Shown: positions 37,749 to 49,921 of the stretch, piece after piece
Layout of the letters: every line of letters starts with the position of its first letter
Numbering within the stretch: position 1 is the first letter of the stretch
Assembly: GCA_038087875.1 (NCBI GenBank)
Contig: CM075989.1
Location: forward strand, 8,186,001 to 8,250,000
DNA from: Malacoraja senta
Lineage: Eukaryota
DNA length: 64,000 nt
Reading direction: 5' to 3'
The notes under the pieces: model-generated
The model's database searches: none
Told to the model about the DNA's origin: nothing
What the model saw: only the letters and a program-made list of their open reading frames with translations
Program-made: the position numbers and the translations under genes

Positions 37749-38369
37749 CTGAAATAAATGCCGAAGTACAGTACCAATATACACCTCGTCAAAATCCCTA
37801 CCTGATATTGTCCAAACCACCAACACATATCTCACCCACCTGAAAATATGTATTGCACAATCCCCCATCTTAGCACAAATCATGATAAATAACATGGTAC
37901 CAATGAGTGTTTTGTCAAAATGCAAACTATAAAGTAAACATACGCCTTAGTGTAACACCAATGACATTATTCAGAACTCAATGTCAACAAATTCCACCGA
38001 TTACAAAAAAAAAGATTTTTACAACATTCTATCATAAACAAAAAACGTTAACATGAGTTGGAATCTCGGCAGCAACTTTCGAGATTAGTGCTCAATCTTC
38101 ATTCTTGGGCTCTTAAAACAGTTTAAATAATGGTGTGCCCGTTTTGTTCTTGGCCACCTTCAAAATGTGTCAAGAAGCCGATATTTTAAATCACATTTGA
38201 CGGCACACGTTCGTTCTACGGCATATTTTATCTTACAGATTTCCGATAACACATCGGGTGAGATAACAAACAGAAGAATCTGAAGTTACTATTTGGTAAG
38301 ATAATATTGTTCTAGGAGGCTTCTCTTAAAAAAAAAAGCAAACAAAAAAACTGCTCTGAAATTACATAC

Positions 38370-38519
38370 CTGTTACTTCCTTGCTAAATGTCTATATCAT
38401 CATATGATTTGGACAAGATAACGAACTTGAAATGTTGGTGTTCAACATGCACCATCTTAAAATCTAATTCCTTTTCACCAGATAAGCCAAGCGTAGCAGT
38501 TAAATACACATAGGCTGCG
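38370..38519 (-). other. Predicted non-coding exon 2
   Basis: Long polypyrimidine tract followed by AG (38521-38520 or 38516-38515); donor CAG|gtatgt. Confidence 0.5.
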
Positions 38520-38637
38520 CTCGGGAGAGAAAAATGGAAAGAAAAACACTACAAGTGGGCGAATGTTGAACTGCTGGTTTGCAGAGAAACTGGCTTCAGA
38601 GGTATTTTCAATTTTTTTTAAAAAGCAAATATCTTAC

Positions 38638-38900
38638 ATTGCAGTTCCACGGGATGTGTTCGACCATCACAACAGTATCAATGGGATTTTGACACCAAGT
38701 GGTTTGTTTTACTTCAGGTTTTTCTTCCTGGCGCACAAGTGCAGGAATATTGGCGGAATGTTAAAATTCGTAGGAGTACAAAAGGAGGTATCCGCACACA
38801 GGAAACAGCAGGATGGCCGAGGCTGCCAACTCTACGTGTGTTGCCAACCGAGCGGGCGGGCAGGCAGGAACAAGCTCGCCTGCCAACTGCACCCACAGGC
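38638..38900 (-). other. Predicted first exon (5' boundary approximate)
   Basis: Starts at the edge of the CpG island; donor AAT|gtaaga at 38637. Confidence 0.4.
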
Positions 38901-39620
38901 ATCCCAGCGTGGGGGGGGAGGGGAAGGGAGGAAGCACGCATGCGCATTGCCCATTCCTCTCCCCCCCCTCCGCGGACGGTTAATGGACAGCTGGTCGGCC
39001 AATCAGCGGGCACAGACCCCCAGCGCACGTCACGCACCCCCTCAGCCAATGGGAGTCAGCGAAAGGGGCGGGACATGAGCGGCGCCAACGGTGGCGGCGC
39101 GGGCTCGTCGGACGCCAACGGCCGCCGGTAAACCGCACCAAGAGTAGGTAAGGCCGATAGAAGTAACCGCACCTCATGCACACCCACCTGGACCGAAGGG
39201 AATCCGATAGGAAAGTCCTTTTTAAAAATGTATCGGTGCTCAGTTTGGAAAAAATGCATGCATAATCAAATCAAACGCTGCCTTTGATTATATGTCGCGG
39301 CACAGGCACATTTCTCCTCACGGGTAGAGTTTCTAAGGGAAGCCGAAACTTGAGACGAGATGTGCTCACACGACACAGCCGCCGGATTTCTCGGAGTTTT
39401 TATTTAATCCACAAGCCGCTGCTATTCGACCGAACTTGACGAACGGCCGGTGTCGCGCGGCGCGGGTGTGATTGACAGGAGCCAGGGGGAGGGGCTAGGC
39501 TGAGCCAATCAAGTGCGTGTGGGTGGGCGGGGCCGGTCGAACACGGGGTGGGGCTAGAGCGCACGCCGTCTGTCAATCACGCACCCCACTCCCGGCGGCA
39601 GGCAGGTGGCGCAGACATGG
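38800..39620. promoter_or_regulatory. CpG-island promoter, possibly bidirectional
   Basis: CpG-rich, no repeat similarity seen; CCAAT boxes (~38999, ~39047, ~39505), GC boxes (~39065, ~39525), NRF1-like GCATGCGCAT (~38938), ACGTCA, two TGATTGACAG motifs. Confidence 0.85.
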
Positions 39621-39689
39621 TGCCCATTGCAGCATGTGCAGAAGATGCCACCAGTGCAAGAGAATAAATAATCATTGCTGTATGTCCAG

Positions 39690-39935
39690 ATGAAGCGTGG
39701 AAAGGAGAAAAAAGATGCTGCATTTTCTGGGTTGATATATACCTGAAAAGCTCGGGCTATCCTTGATCGGATTTTGCTGGATTTACCTTGCACTAAACGT
39801 TATTCCCTTATCATGTATCTATACACTGTAAATGGCTGGATTGTAATCATGTACTGTCTTTCTGCTGACTGGATAGCACGCAAGAAAAGCTTTTCACTGT
39901 ACCTCGGTACAAGTGACAATAAATAAAATAAACTA
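39690..39935 (+). mobile_element. Rex1-type LINE 3' tail
   Basis: ttttcactgtacctcggtacaagtgacaataaa tail. Confidence 0.7.
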
Positions 39936-39960
39936 AAGAAAAACAGAAAACATACGTGGC

Positions 39961-40245
39961 TAGACACAAAATGCTGGAGTAACTCAGCGGAACAGCAAGC
40001 GTCTCCCAAGAGAAGTGATGTTTTGGACCGAGACCCTTCTTCAGACTGACTCGACCCAAAACGTCACCCTTTCCTTCTCTCCAGAGATGCTGCTGAGTTA
40101 CTGCAGCACTGTCCTGCTGAGTTACTGCAGCACTTTGTGTCTATCTTCGGTGTAAACCAGCATCTGCGGTTCCTTCAAAGGTCTGTTTATTGTCACGTGT
40201 ACCAATTAAGGTACAGTGAAACTCGAATTACTGCAGTTCCTTCCT
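39961..40245. mobile_element. Head-to-head pLTR pair with internal duplication and insertion
   Basis: Inverted pLTR halves; TSD AAA(C/T)ATACGTGGC on both sides. Confidence 0.75.
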
Positions 40246-40364
40246 AAATATACGTGGCGACCCTTTGCGTTCTTTGTATATCGTATGCAAAAACAAACAT
40301 TTCACAGTACCTAGATACATGTGACAATAAAATATCATAGTCAAGTCATTGTTTCGCAATCACA

Positions 40365-40540
40365 GCAAGTACCATTCAACACCATTGTGCCAGAGCTACT
40401 ACACTCCAAACTTTCCAAGTTGACTGTGCCCGAACCCCTTTGTCGGATCACCAGCTTCCTGACAGACAAGAAGCAGCATGTTAGGCTGGGAAAGCAATTC
40501 TCGGACCCACAGACCCTCAGCATAGGAGCACCGCAAGGTG
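40365..40540 (+). mobile_element. Rex1/Babar RT fragment
   Basis: FNTIVPELLHSKL..SFLTD..QHVRLG..LSIGAPQG. Confidence 0.75.
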
Positions 40541-42904
40541 TGATCCCATTGTGATGTCATAGCTGCAACTGCCAGCACTGAAGTGTTGAAGTGATTATTA
40601 AAGAGGATTTAATAAACTTAAAAATGTGATAACTTGTGAAATATAACATCAATCTGAACGAAACTTGATACAAACAACCACAGGTCAATGTAAGGTGGTG
40701 CAAAACTTTTTGGCATAGCTCCTTGAGATCGCAGGCACGCAGACAGACGTCCAAACATGATGAGAGTTTTAGTGCTATATAGATAGATAAGATAGATAGA
40801 TAGATATCTTTGGCATATGTTGAACATTCTCTGTTTCAGTCACACTCTGATACCCTCTTCTTGCTTTCACATTGTCTCTGCTGCCAATTTCCACCCTGCT
40901 GTCAGCTTCACATGGTCCGTCTTCACTTTCTCAAGGTATAGGCTGGCAGCCAACACCTACACCTACTGGCACCCACAACTGGCATAACCACACTTCCTTT
41001 CATTCTATTTTTAAATAAGGATGATATTACATTCCCCCCACTCATGGCTCAGGCAGATTTGACAGATTAATGTTTATTAAAGATGAGTAATGACAGATGG
41101 TGTGCCAAGAAGCATATTGATTTTTATGAAGTGATGAGCTAGTTGGACCAAATGGCCTTTCATCATTGAGAATATATAACTGTTAAGACATTTGAACAGC
41201 AACAAATTAACAAGATAATAAATCATTAACCTGTGACATTCTCTTGGGTCGATTTTAAATCTATTTCTTTCTTCACAGATGCTGGCTGACTTCTGCACAG
41301 TTCAGATTTTATGCATCTGCAGTATTTTGCTTTTTTTACCAACATGCTTTCCTTCGGTTTGTTTAGAATTGACTGACCCTTAGCAATGCTAAGGGAATGT
41401 GGTAAAGACACAGTGATGCTATTCTTAAGACAAAGCATTAACCTGATCATTGGAGTGGAAGTAAAGATTCCATCAGCATTGTTCAAAGAATAGATAATTA
41501 TCCTACCTAACATTTCTCCTTCAACAGAAAAACGATTAATTGATTATCTCGCCTAATTTGCCCTTTGTGAACCTTATGTGCAAATTAATAGTTGTGTTCA
41601 CTTGCAGAACAACAGTGATTTCTGTTCAAAAACATCTTATTGTTTAAATATACTTTGTGACTCTATTTTTGCTGTTTTCAGTAACTTTAGATATAGTTAA
41701 CAGGTTATATGAATAGAAAATAGATACATTTTGCATCTGTGCATTGGAAGTATGTTTCAGATCGGTGACATTTTGTTAGAACAAAGTACACAAAAAGATT
41801 TACGTAGCTCCTTCCATAGCCCCAAGACTATAGCATTTCACAACTGCAATTGACTTTCAAAGTGCAGTCACACATTTTATGGTGGAAACTCAGCAAAGTC
41901 CCACAAGGAGCAATGCTATTGAATAATGTGCTTTAATAATGTTGGAGAACTTCTCTGCTCTTGAATAATGTCTTGTAAACTTTTATGTTTGCTTGAGGGA
42001 GAATAGGATCTCAATCCAATATTTCAGAGCTGAATTCCTAGGTATGTCATTGGTGTATCAACCTTGATAATGAGTTAAAGCTTTGAGTGTGGGACTTGAG
42101 ATCAAAACCTACTGACTGGTGACAATTGCTACCAATGTGCCACAGTGAATATCATCTGGATATTACAACCACCATAGTTGGAAGAGTTCTGACCCGAAAC
42201 ATCATCTGTGCATTTCCCTCCACAGAAGCTGCCTGTCCTGCTAAGTTTCTCCAGAAATTTATTTTTTGTTCAAGATCCCAGGTCCTGCTGCCTTTTGTGC
42301 CTCTTGGTCTTGTCTATCTTTGCAAAATAAAAACATGCCATTGTCCCTCAGGCTATGGGGTACAATAACATGAGTACAAAGATGTTTGAAGTAGAACTTC
42401 ACACTGCGATGCCCGAAACAGCTAATTAAAAATGTCATAACAAGAAACTTTCTAAACTCTTACAGTTTTTGTTATTGGCAAAATGCAACTTTCTCATAGT
42501 GATATATGTATACGCATTCTATAACATTTATGTAAGCGTTTAAATCAACAGTATTCACAAGGAAGAGGTCCAAATGAGCTGCTGAAGGTCATCGTCAACA
42601 TTACAATAATCAGCTCGCTTGTGTAATCAAAAAGTGAACCAGCAGGAACCAGATGTGTCTGCCCTGCTCATCTGTGGTAGGTGTTGATACTGTACACTTT
42701 TTTTAATATCCCGTGCGCTCTAAATAAACCAGATAACCTTCTCCATAGATTCTTATTGAAGTCACATGGAACTGCAGATGCAAGAATCTTGAGGAAAACC
42801 CTGGAGTACTGGAGTAACTCAATCGGTGAGATAGCATTTATGGAGGAATGGATAAGCGACGTTTCGGGTTGGGAACCGATCTTTCTACCCACTACTACAA
42901 TTAA

Positions 42905-43300
42905 GAGTCATGCATCAAGAGTTTTTAATTATAATAATGTACCGAAACAGAACAATGAAATTCTTAGTTGCATCAGCACAACAGGTTTGTAAACACAATA
43001 CTCAATTGATAACCTTATAAACAACAAACAAATGAAAAAAATGTAATAAACTTTAAAAAACCTAATATAATACAAAACAAAGCCCGAAGTGCAACCAATT
43101 CAGTTCATAGTTCTAAGTTGGAGTTTGTAGTGTTCAATTGCCTGATCATTGCTGGGAAAAAGCTGTGCCTGAATGATGTCACAGTTTACAGATTCCTATA
43201 TCTTCTTCCCGATGGCAGGAGTGAAACGAGAGGATGGCTAGGGTGCTGTGGGTCCTTGATTCCTTGATGATGCTGGCTGCCATTTTGAGGCAGTTCTTCT
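42905..43300 (-). mobile_element. Rex1-type LINE 3' fragment
   Basis: Minus-strand LLPSGRRYR..SFFP motif and tail. Confidence 0.6.
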
Positions 43301-43649
43301 TATCTCTGATAAATGTTTGGAGAGGTAAGAGGAGGTTCCCTGTGAAAGACATTGGCCATTTGGGCCAAAAAATATATATTATTTATGTAGATTGTAAGCA
43401 TAAAAATAAGTGGTACACTTTGTGGGTGGCCCTCGAGGGAATTTTAATTGTCTTATTTATAACAGTCATGGCATAAACCTACTCATTAGAAATTAGTAAT
43501 TTAAACATTTTGATACGGTTATGTGGCTCAAATGTTAATTGTGTTTTACAATTAATGGCCACTGTTTGGATTTCCCTGAAGCTCTGGAGACCCAATGGCT
43601 GAAAGGAAATGAGAACAGCCGAATCTCTTACCAACGTGTTTTTCCACCA

Positions 43650-43910
43650 ATGCCTATGGACAGAAGGAGTACTTCCCCACAGCCATCAGGCTATTAAACT
43701 CAACTGAAACAAATCTCTGAACATTAATAGACCATTATCTGTTTATTTGCACTTTATCTGCTTATTTATTGTGTGTATATATTTATATAATGGTATATGG
43801 ACACACATATGTTCTGTATTCATGCCTACTATATTCTGTTGTGCTTAAGCAAAGCAAGAATTTCATTGTCCTATCTGGGACACATGACAATAAACTCTCT
43901 TGACTTGAGT
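43650..43910 (+). mobile_element. Rex1-type LINE 3' fragment
   Basis: ttccccacagccatcaggctattaaac..gggacacatgacaataaactctcttgacttga. Confidence 0.65.
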
Positions 43911-44300
43911 AGGAATGCTTCCCCGGGCCACAGTCCAAGCAATCGTCTATTTTATGTATGTTCCTTGCCTCTCCCACCACAGCCCATTACTTATGATCCT
44001 ACCTCTCAGGTAAGGTTTAGAGGGATGTGGGGAGGTGGGACTAGTGTAGATGGGGCATCTTGTTTGGCATAGGCAAGTTTGGCTGAGGGCCTGTTTCTGT
44101 GCTATATCACTCTGATCAATCCAAGCTCATGCCTTCATAATGTCTCCTTAGCTGCAGGCGTTCCTGTCCAACTGTCATCCGATCTCTCAACCTCGCTGAT
44201 TGCAGGCAGGAAACGAGTCCAAAAAATGTGAACTAGCTTTTGTAGTTAAATTAAGGATTACATACCTACCTCTCCCGACTTCTTCCTATTAGACTCTTGT

Positions 44301-44408
44301 GGGAAATTCCTTGACATGGAAATATATTTTCCTTCTAAACATTAATTACTCGATCCATCTTTGATCTTGTCACTTCTGAGATCTTCAGTGATGAGCACAC
44401 ATCATTCA
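44301..44408 (+). repeat. Diverged local duplication, copy 1 (copy 2 at 45491-45605)
   Basis: Shared core ccatctttgatcttgtcacttctgaga(ca)tcttcagtgatgagcacac. Confidence 0.85.
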
Positions 44409-44476
44409 GTCAAACTTTAAAGACAAACTAGCAGCATCATTTGCAAACATACAAACAGTACATGTACAATTCTGCA

Positions 44477-44687
44477 ATAGACACAAAATGCTGGAGTAAC
44501 TCAGTGGGACAGGCAGAATCTCTGGAGATAAGGAATGGGTGACATTTTTCGGGTTGAGACACTTCTTCAGCCCCAAAATGTCAACCATTCCTTCTCTCCA
44601 GGGATGCTACCTGTCTTGCCGAGTTATTCCAGCATTTTGTGTCTACCTTCGATTTAAATAAGCATCTGCAGTTCTTTCCTACAATAC
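44477..44687. mobile_element. Head-to-head pLTR pair with TSD
   Basis: TSD TGTACAATTC(T/G)GCA at 44463-44476 and 44688-44701. Confidence 0.8.
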
Positions 44688-45889
44688 TGTACAATTCGGC
44701 AGTCTGTAGATTAAGGAAGTGAGATACATCAAATAACTGAAAGTTGTTTGAAGTGGAAATACTCTGAAATGTCAGATAGTACCTAAATGAGTAATGTCAT
44801 GTTAGAGGATCAAATAAAAGAATAGTTTAAACGCATTTGAAATATTGACTGTTTTCAAAGTATTCTCATGGATAGTCATAAAATGGAGGAGATTTGAGAA
44901 AATAAATCAAGCTTGATGCAATCGGGACAGCAAGCAGGTTCTGTATAGTCCACCTTTGATCAGCCATATCTCTGATACTCCTGTAGGACCGGGGTAAAGC
45001 TTAATACTCTTGGCTGAGTGATTTCCCGTGTAACACCTTTTAAAGCTTTATATATGGTCTTGAAGATTCAAGTCAGAGCAACAGAACGATCATTGCGTTT
45101 TCGACTGAGGCATTGGCAACTATACTTACATAACTTAATGCCATCCAGATTGAAACAGTCTAATTGATTATCACCCTTGTCACTATAAATTGTATCCCCT
45201 TCAGCACCAACGCACTTCAGCTACAGTAGCTACCTGATGAAGAATTATTACAACGTTTATCGTGGCACTTTTCCAATTGCAAAGACGAGCAGTAAGATTG
45301 TGAGAACACGAAGATTGTAACCATTTTGTCTTGCACATATATTGCCTTACTTAATTATTGCCTGTTCCCCAAGATTCCTTATTTTTTTAACAAGTTTCAG
45401 CCTAAAATTAGTGAACGTAGGCAAATTTGCAAAAGTGCTGGTTCCAAACAAATTCACTGTTTTATTTTCAGAGACACAAAACGGCTGTATGGGAAGTATG
45501 CCTTGACAGGCACATATATTATCCATCTAAATATATTAATTATTTGGCCCATCTTTGATCTTGTCACTTCTGAGACATCTTCAGTGATGAGCACACGTCA
45601 TTCAAATACGTTGCTGTTCTAGGATGTGCTTTACTGGGCAGAGTGGAGATAGTGACACTAATAATGCACCTGAACTCCATGTACTTGATGCTAACATCGT
45701 GTATTTAAATGGAAATTTATTCTGTTTCCCACCGATGAGGTCTCTCGAATTAAAGTGGACAATGTTAATAAACATACACATGCCGTCTTTGTATTTTCAT
45801 TTTTGTGTTGCATTATATTTCAGTGAAATTAAATCATCTGAGAATTAATTATACACCAGAAAAATAACACAACTGAATATAGCTATCGG

Positions 45890-46690
45890 AATTGGTTTAT
45901 TTGACAAGTGTACCAAGAATTGTTTTGCATGCTATCCAAGCAAACAATACCATACATAACAGGTTGTGCAAACAAGGAAAGGAAACAGAGTGTAAAATAT
46001 GGTGTTACAGCTACAGAGAAAATGCAGATTAAAAAAATCTGCAATGAGGTAGATTGGAAGCTCGTGAATACATCGTTAGTATATGAAAGGTGCATTGAAG
46101 ACTGATAACAGCAAGGAAGAATCTGTTTGTGAATCTGGCGGTACGTGCTTTTGAGCGTTTGCATTGTCTGCCCGACAGGAGAAGGGAGAAGAGTGAATGA
46201 TCGGGGTATGAATGGTTGTTGATTATGTTGGCTGCTTTCCCAAGGCAATGTGAAGTATAGATAGAGTCGATGGGGTGAAGTTGATTTGTGTGATGGGCTG
46301 GGCTGAGAGCACAGCTCTCTGCGCTTTATTGTGATGCAGAAGGATAGGGTGCTATCCATGGTGCATTTGCAGAAATTGATGAGTCATTGGAGACATGCCA
46401 AATTTCCTTAGATTTATGAGAACGTATTGGTATGTTTTGTTGACCGTAGCATTGATGTGTTTGGACCAGGTCAAATTATTGATGATATTGACACCTAGGA
46501 ACCTGAAGCTATTGACCATCTCAATTTCAGTGGAGACTAGGTGGTAACTCCACCATGCTTCCTGAAGTCGATAACCAGCTCTTTTCTTTAGCTGACATTG
46601 AGGGAGGTTATTGACTTGACACCATATTACTAAACTCTCTATCTCCTTCCTATACTCTGCCTTGGCATTGTTCAAGAACCTGCCCACTAT
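45890..46690 (-). mobile_element. Rex1/Babar LINE 3' portion (decayed RT C-terminus plus tail)
   Basis: EYRKEIESLVIWCQVNNL..VNSFRFLGVNI.NNLTWS.H. Confidence 0.8.
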
Positions 46691-46808
46691 GGTTAACCTA
46701 TATATACACATACATGACCTTATCAAATTTCCTCCTCAAATGCTTCTTATAGAATTACATTTTCCCATAATTTATATTTCTGTGGCACCTTTAATGCAAT
46801 AAGGTATA

Positions 46809-46899
46809 CTGAAGAAGGGTCTCGACCCGAAACGTCACCCATTCCTTCTCTAGAAATGCTGCCTCTCCTGCTAAATTACTCCAGCTTTTTGTGTCTATC
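46809..46899 (+). mobile_element. pLTR-derived element with intact minimal hammerhead core
   Basis: CTGAAGA-AGGGT-CTCG-ACCC-GAAACGTC at 46809-46836; TSD TAAGGT(A/G)TAC. Confidence 0.8.
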
Positions 46900-47524
46900 T
46901 AAGGTGTACCAATTGTTATTTGAGCGAATGCAACACAAGACTAAGTACAGCCATAAATACACGCTAGTCTGGTGATGTTTCAATGAGAACAATTAGCTGA
47001 GAGTGAGAGATCTTATTCCTTGAATATTGCCATACAATCTTCAAATCTAGCTGAACCACTGTTCAATACAGCCTTTGATTTATTATTTGGTCAGGAAGGC
47101 GATATTTTTGACAAGGTAGTTCTGCAATAATGTGTTCATTAAGATATTTCAAAAATGCAGAATACTTCATGACAAATTATGACAATAATCAAAATTACTG
47201 AATTCTGGTGAGGGATTTTGTTGACATGTAAACTGCAAGATTCAGTTGTGGATTTCATATTAATGGTTTTCTAAACCATAGTAAATTGCAGAGTCCATAC
47301 TCTTCACTTGCACAATATTAAATATTTATACACAATCCCCAGCACACACTGGGCATGTGCGAGTCATTTCAATTTGCCTGCTATATGAATTAAACAGTTC
47401 ATTTTCCTATGCTACAATGATGACTGAACTTCAAAAGAAGTACTTAATTAACTCTAAAACTCCTTGGGAGATCCTGAAAAGGACATGTATGACACCTATA
47501 TACTTGCAAGTTCTTCTCACTTTT

Positions 47525-47800
47525 TAGCTTTTTAGTTTAGGGATACAGAGCGGAAACAGGCCCTTCGGCGTCACCGACCAGCGATCCCCGCACATTAACA
47601 CTATCCTATACTCACTAGGGACAATTTACACTTATACCAAGCCAATTAACCTACAAACCTGTATGTCTTTGGAGTGTGGGAAGAAACCAAAGATCTCGGA
47701 GAAAACCCACGCGGTCACAGGGAGAACGTACAAACTCCGTACAGACAGAACCCGTAGTCGGGATCGAACCTGGGTCTCCGGCGCATCAAGCCCACCGTGC
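47525..47800 (-). mobile_element. HE1/V-SINE
   Basis: B box GGTTCGATCCC on the minus strand, V-domain, tail. Confidence 0.85.
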
Positions 47801-47874
47801 TGTGTTCATTTAAAATCTATCAAATCACATCAACCACTGACTATGCCTAAATAATCATATTTCAGGTATCTATA

Positions 47875-48002
47875 TATGTAGGAAAGAACTGCAGATGCTG
47901 GTTTAAATCGAAGATAAACACAAAATGCTGGAGTAACTCAGCCGGACAGGCAGCATCTCTAGAGAAGGAATGGGTGACGTTTTGGGTCGAGACCCTTCTT
48001 TA
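47875..48002 (-). mobile_element. pLTR-derived element
   Basis: Reverse complement of the pLTR consensus, starting within the hammerhead region. Confidence 0.75.
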
Positions 48003-48741
48003 GGCTAGGATTCTAGGAATCACATGGAATTGAACTTTCTATCAATAATAATTTTTGAAAGTCGTGGTTACTGCTTAGTGTTCTGCGTGATTTGAATGTT
48101 AAAAGCTGTGGATGTGTTAAAATGGGACCAATCAGCTGACTAGAAATGTTCAAGCTGAGACTGGTTAGACTGTTAGTTACAAAAATATGAAAATATGCAG
48201 CTGCAACGCGTAATTTCATTGCTATTTGTTCTTGGTGTTTTCAATTCATAAGGTCATATGGTTATAAGTGATAGGATCAGAATTAGGCCATTCGGCCCAT
48301 CAAGTCTGCCATTCAATCATTGCTCATCTATCTCCCTCCTAACCCCATTCTTCTCCCCATAACATTTAACACCTGTACTAATCAAGAAATTGCATCAGAA
48401 TTTAATTGATACAGAATTTCATTAATAATATGAAATTCTACAAAGATTTGTCCTAAATAAATCATCTGATTATGGTAGAGCTATACAAATTAGGAAGATT
48501 AGAGGTTCCATTCCTAAATCTTCGATGTAGATCTTAGTGAAGACATAAACTGGCATACTTGACACCCCAATAAGGGGAAAAATCAACAAAAATTCTTCAT
48601 CAGGATTTTAGACAAGCATTTTATAAATATTTTCTTTCACTGATTTTCTGTAAAATCCATGCATAAAGGTGCTCCTGCCAAACTCAGATCTCTGAAACTG
48701 CCTACTGGGAAGCCACACGTCACCTCCTGCAGTGTCTAGTA

Positions 48742-49921
48742 CAGGCACGTGCCGTCAGGGTAGGCAAGGTAGGCACTGCCTACCCCGACTAAAATTATAA
48801 AATGATAATTATTAAATATAAATAGTAAAGGCACGGGAGAATTATGCCTACCTAAGAGATCGATCTCTTAGGTAGGCATAATTCTCTGTGTCTTTCATGC
48901 GCAGTACATGTAATACGGGAAAGTGTGCAGCCCACGTGCCGTGGACGCTGCTTCAAGCCATCAATTTCAAGCAGAGCTGAAGGCAGCTGAAATTCTGCCT
49001 TTGCAGCATGGACTGTGTACTGCGCATGCACAGCGCAGCGCAAGCGGCTGTAAAATGGGAAGCGGCAGTAAAAGGACAGCGCCGCTGGGGGGGGTGGGGG
49101 AGAGTTCCTTTCACAGCGTGTGGGGAGTCTGGCCAGCGGTAAAGTTGCAGGAGGGCAGGAGCGTTGAGAAGGAGGGGGTCGGGGATCATGCCAGAGCAAC
49201 CAGCTCAAGAGCGGGTCAGAGGGCGATGGATAACAGGACAGCGGGCGGGGAGCTTACTCCATGTGTCAGTGCGAGTAACCTCAATTGGTCCCTTGTTCGT
49301 GCTGACACAGTAGTGTCCACTGCCCGCTGTCCTGTTATCTATCGTCCGCTCTGTGATCTTTGCTCTTGAGCTGGTCCCCTCACTGTTCAGATAGAGAGCA
49401 CTGCCAGAGGTGACTGGGCTAGCAGAAGGCGCTGAGGTCCGGCGGCCGCTCGCAGCCACCCGAGCTGCTTCCCTCCCCAGCCACAATGCTGTGGCTCCGC
49501 GCCCGGAGGCAGCGGTAAGTGAGTGAGTTGCTGGCATGATCCCCGACCCCCTCCTTCTCAACGCTCCTGCCCTCCCCACAACTTTACCCCTGGCCAGACT
49601 CACCACACGCTGTGAAAGGAACTCTCCGTCCCAAATGGTCCCTTGAACTAGTATTGGCATTCAATAAGAACACAATTGATTCAACTTGTCCCGGTGTGCT
49701 CCCGTTTTTCCCACCATCTCTCCACCTGCCGTCACCCCCCACCCATTCAGTAATTCAGAATGAAGGAGATTTGGAAGCCTTGGGCAAATTGAATTGTAAC
49801 TTTCTTTATTTTTATTCTTTATTTTTACGAAGAGGAGAACAATCTGCGCATGTGCGGTTTAAGATTTTTTTTTAAGCCGACTGACTGCCTACCCTGAGTA
49901 ATTACTCACGGCACGTGCCTA
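48742..49921. mobile_element. Non-autonomous hAT-superfamily element (MITE-like)
   Basis: TIRs CAGGCACGTGCCGTCAG / TAGGCACGTGCCGTGAG; perfect 8-bp TSD GTCTAGTA at 48734-48741 and 49922-49929; subterminal GTAGGCA/TGCCTAC repeats. Confidence 0.9.

Noticed and set aside
38563..39259. ORFs across the CpG island; naming the host gene
   Set aside because: Stop-poor GC sequence with no recognisable protein; no coding evidence supports a gene symbol
44360..44410. C/D box snoRNA reading of the duplicated element
   Set aside because: Only an internal CTGA..TGATGA pair; no terminal C and D boxes or terminal stem conserved in both copies
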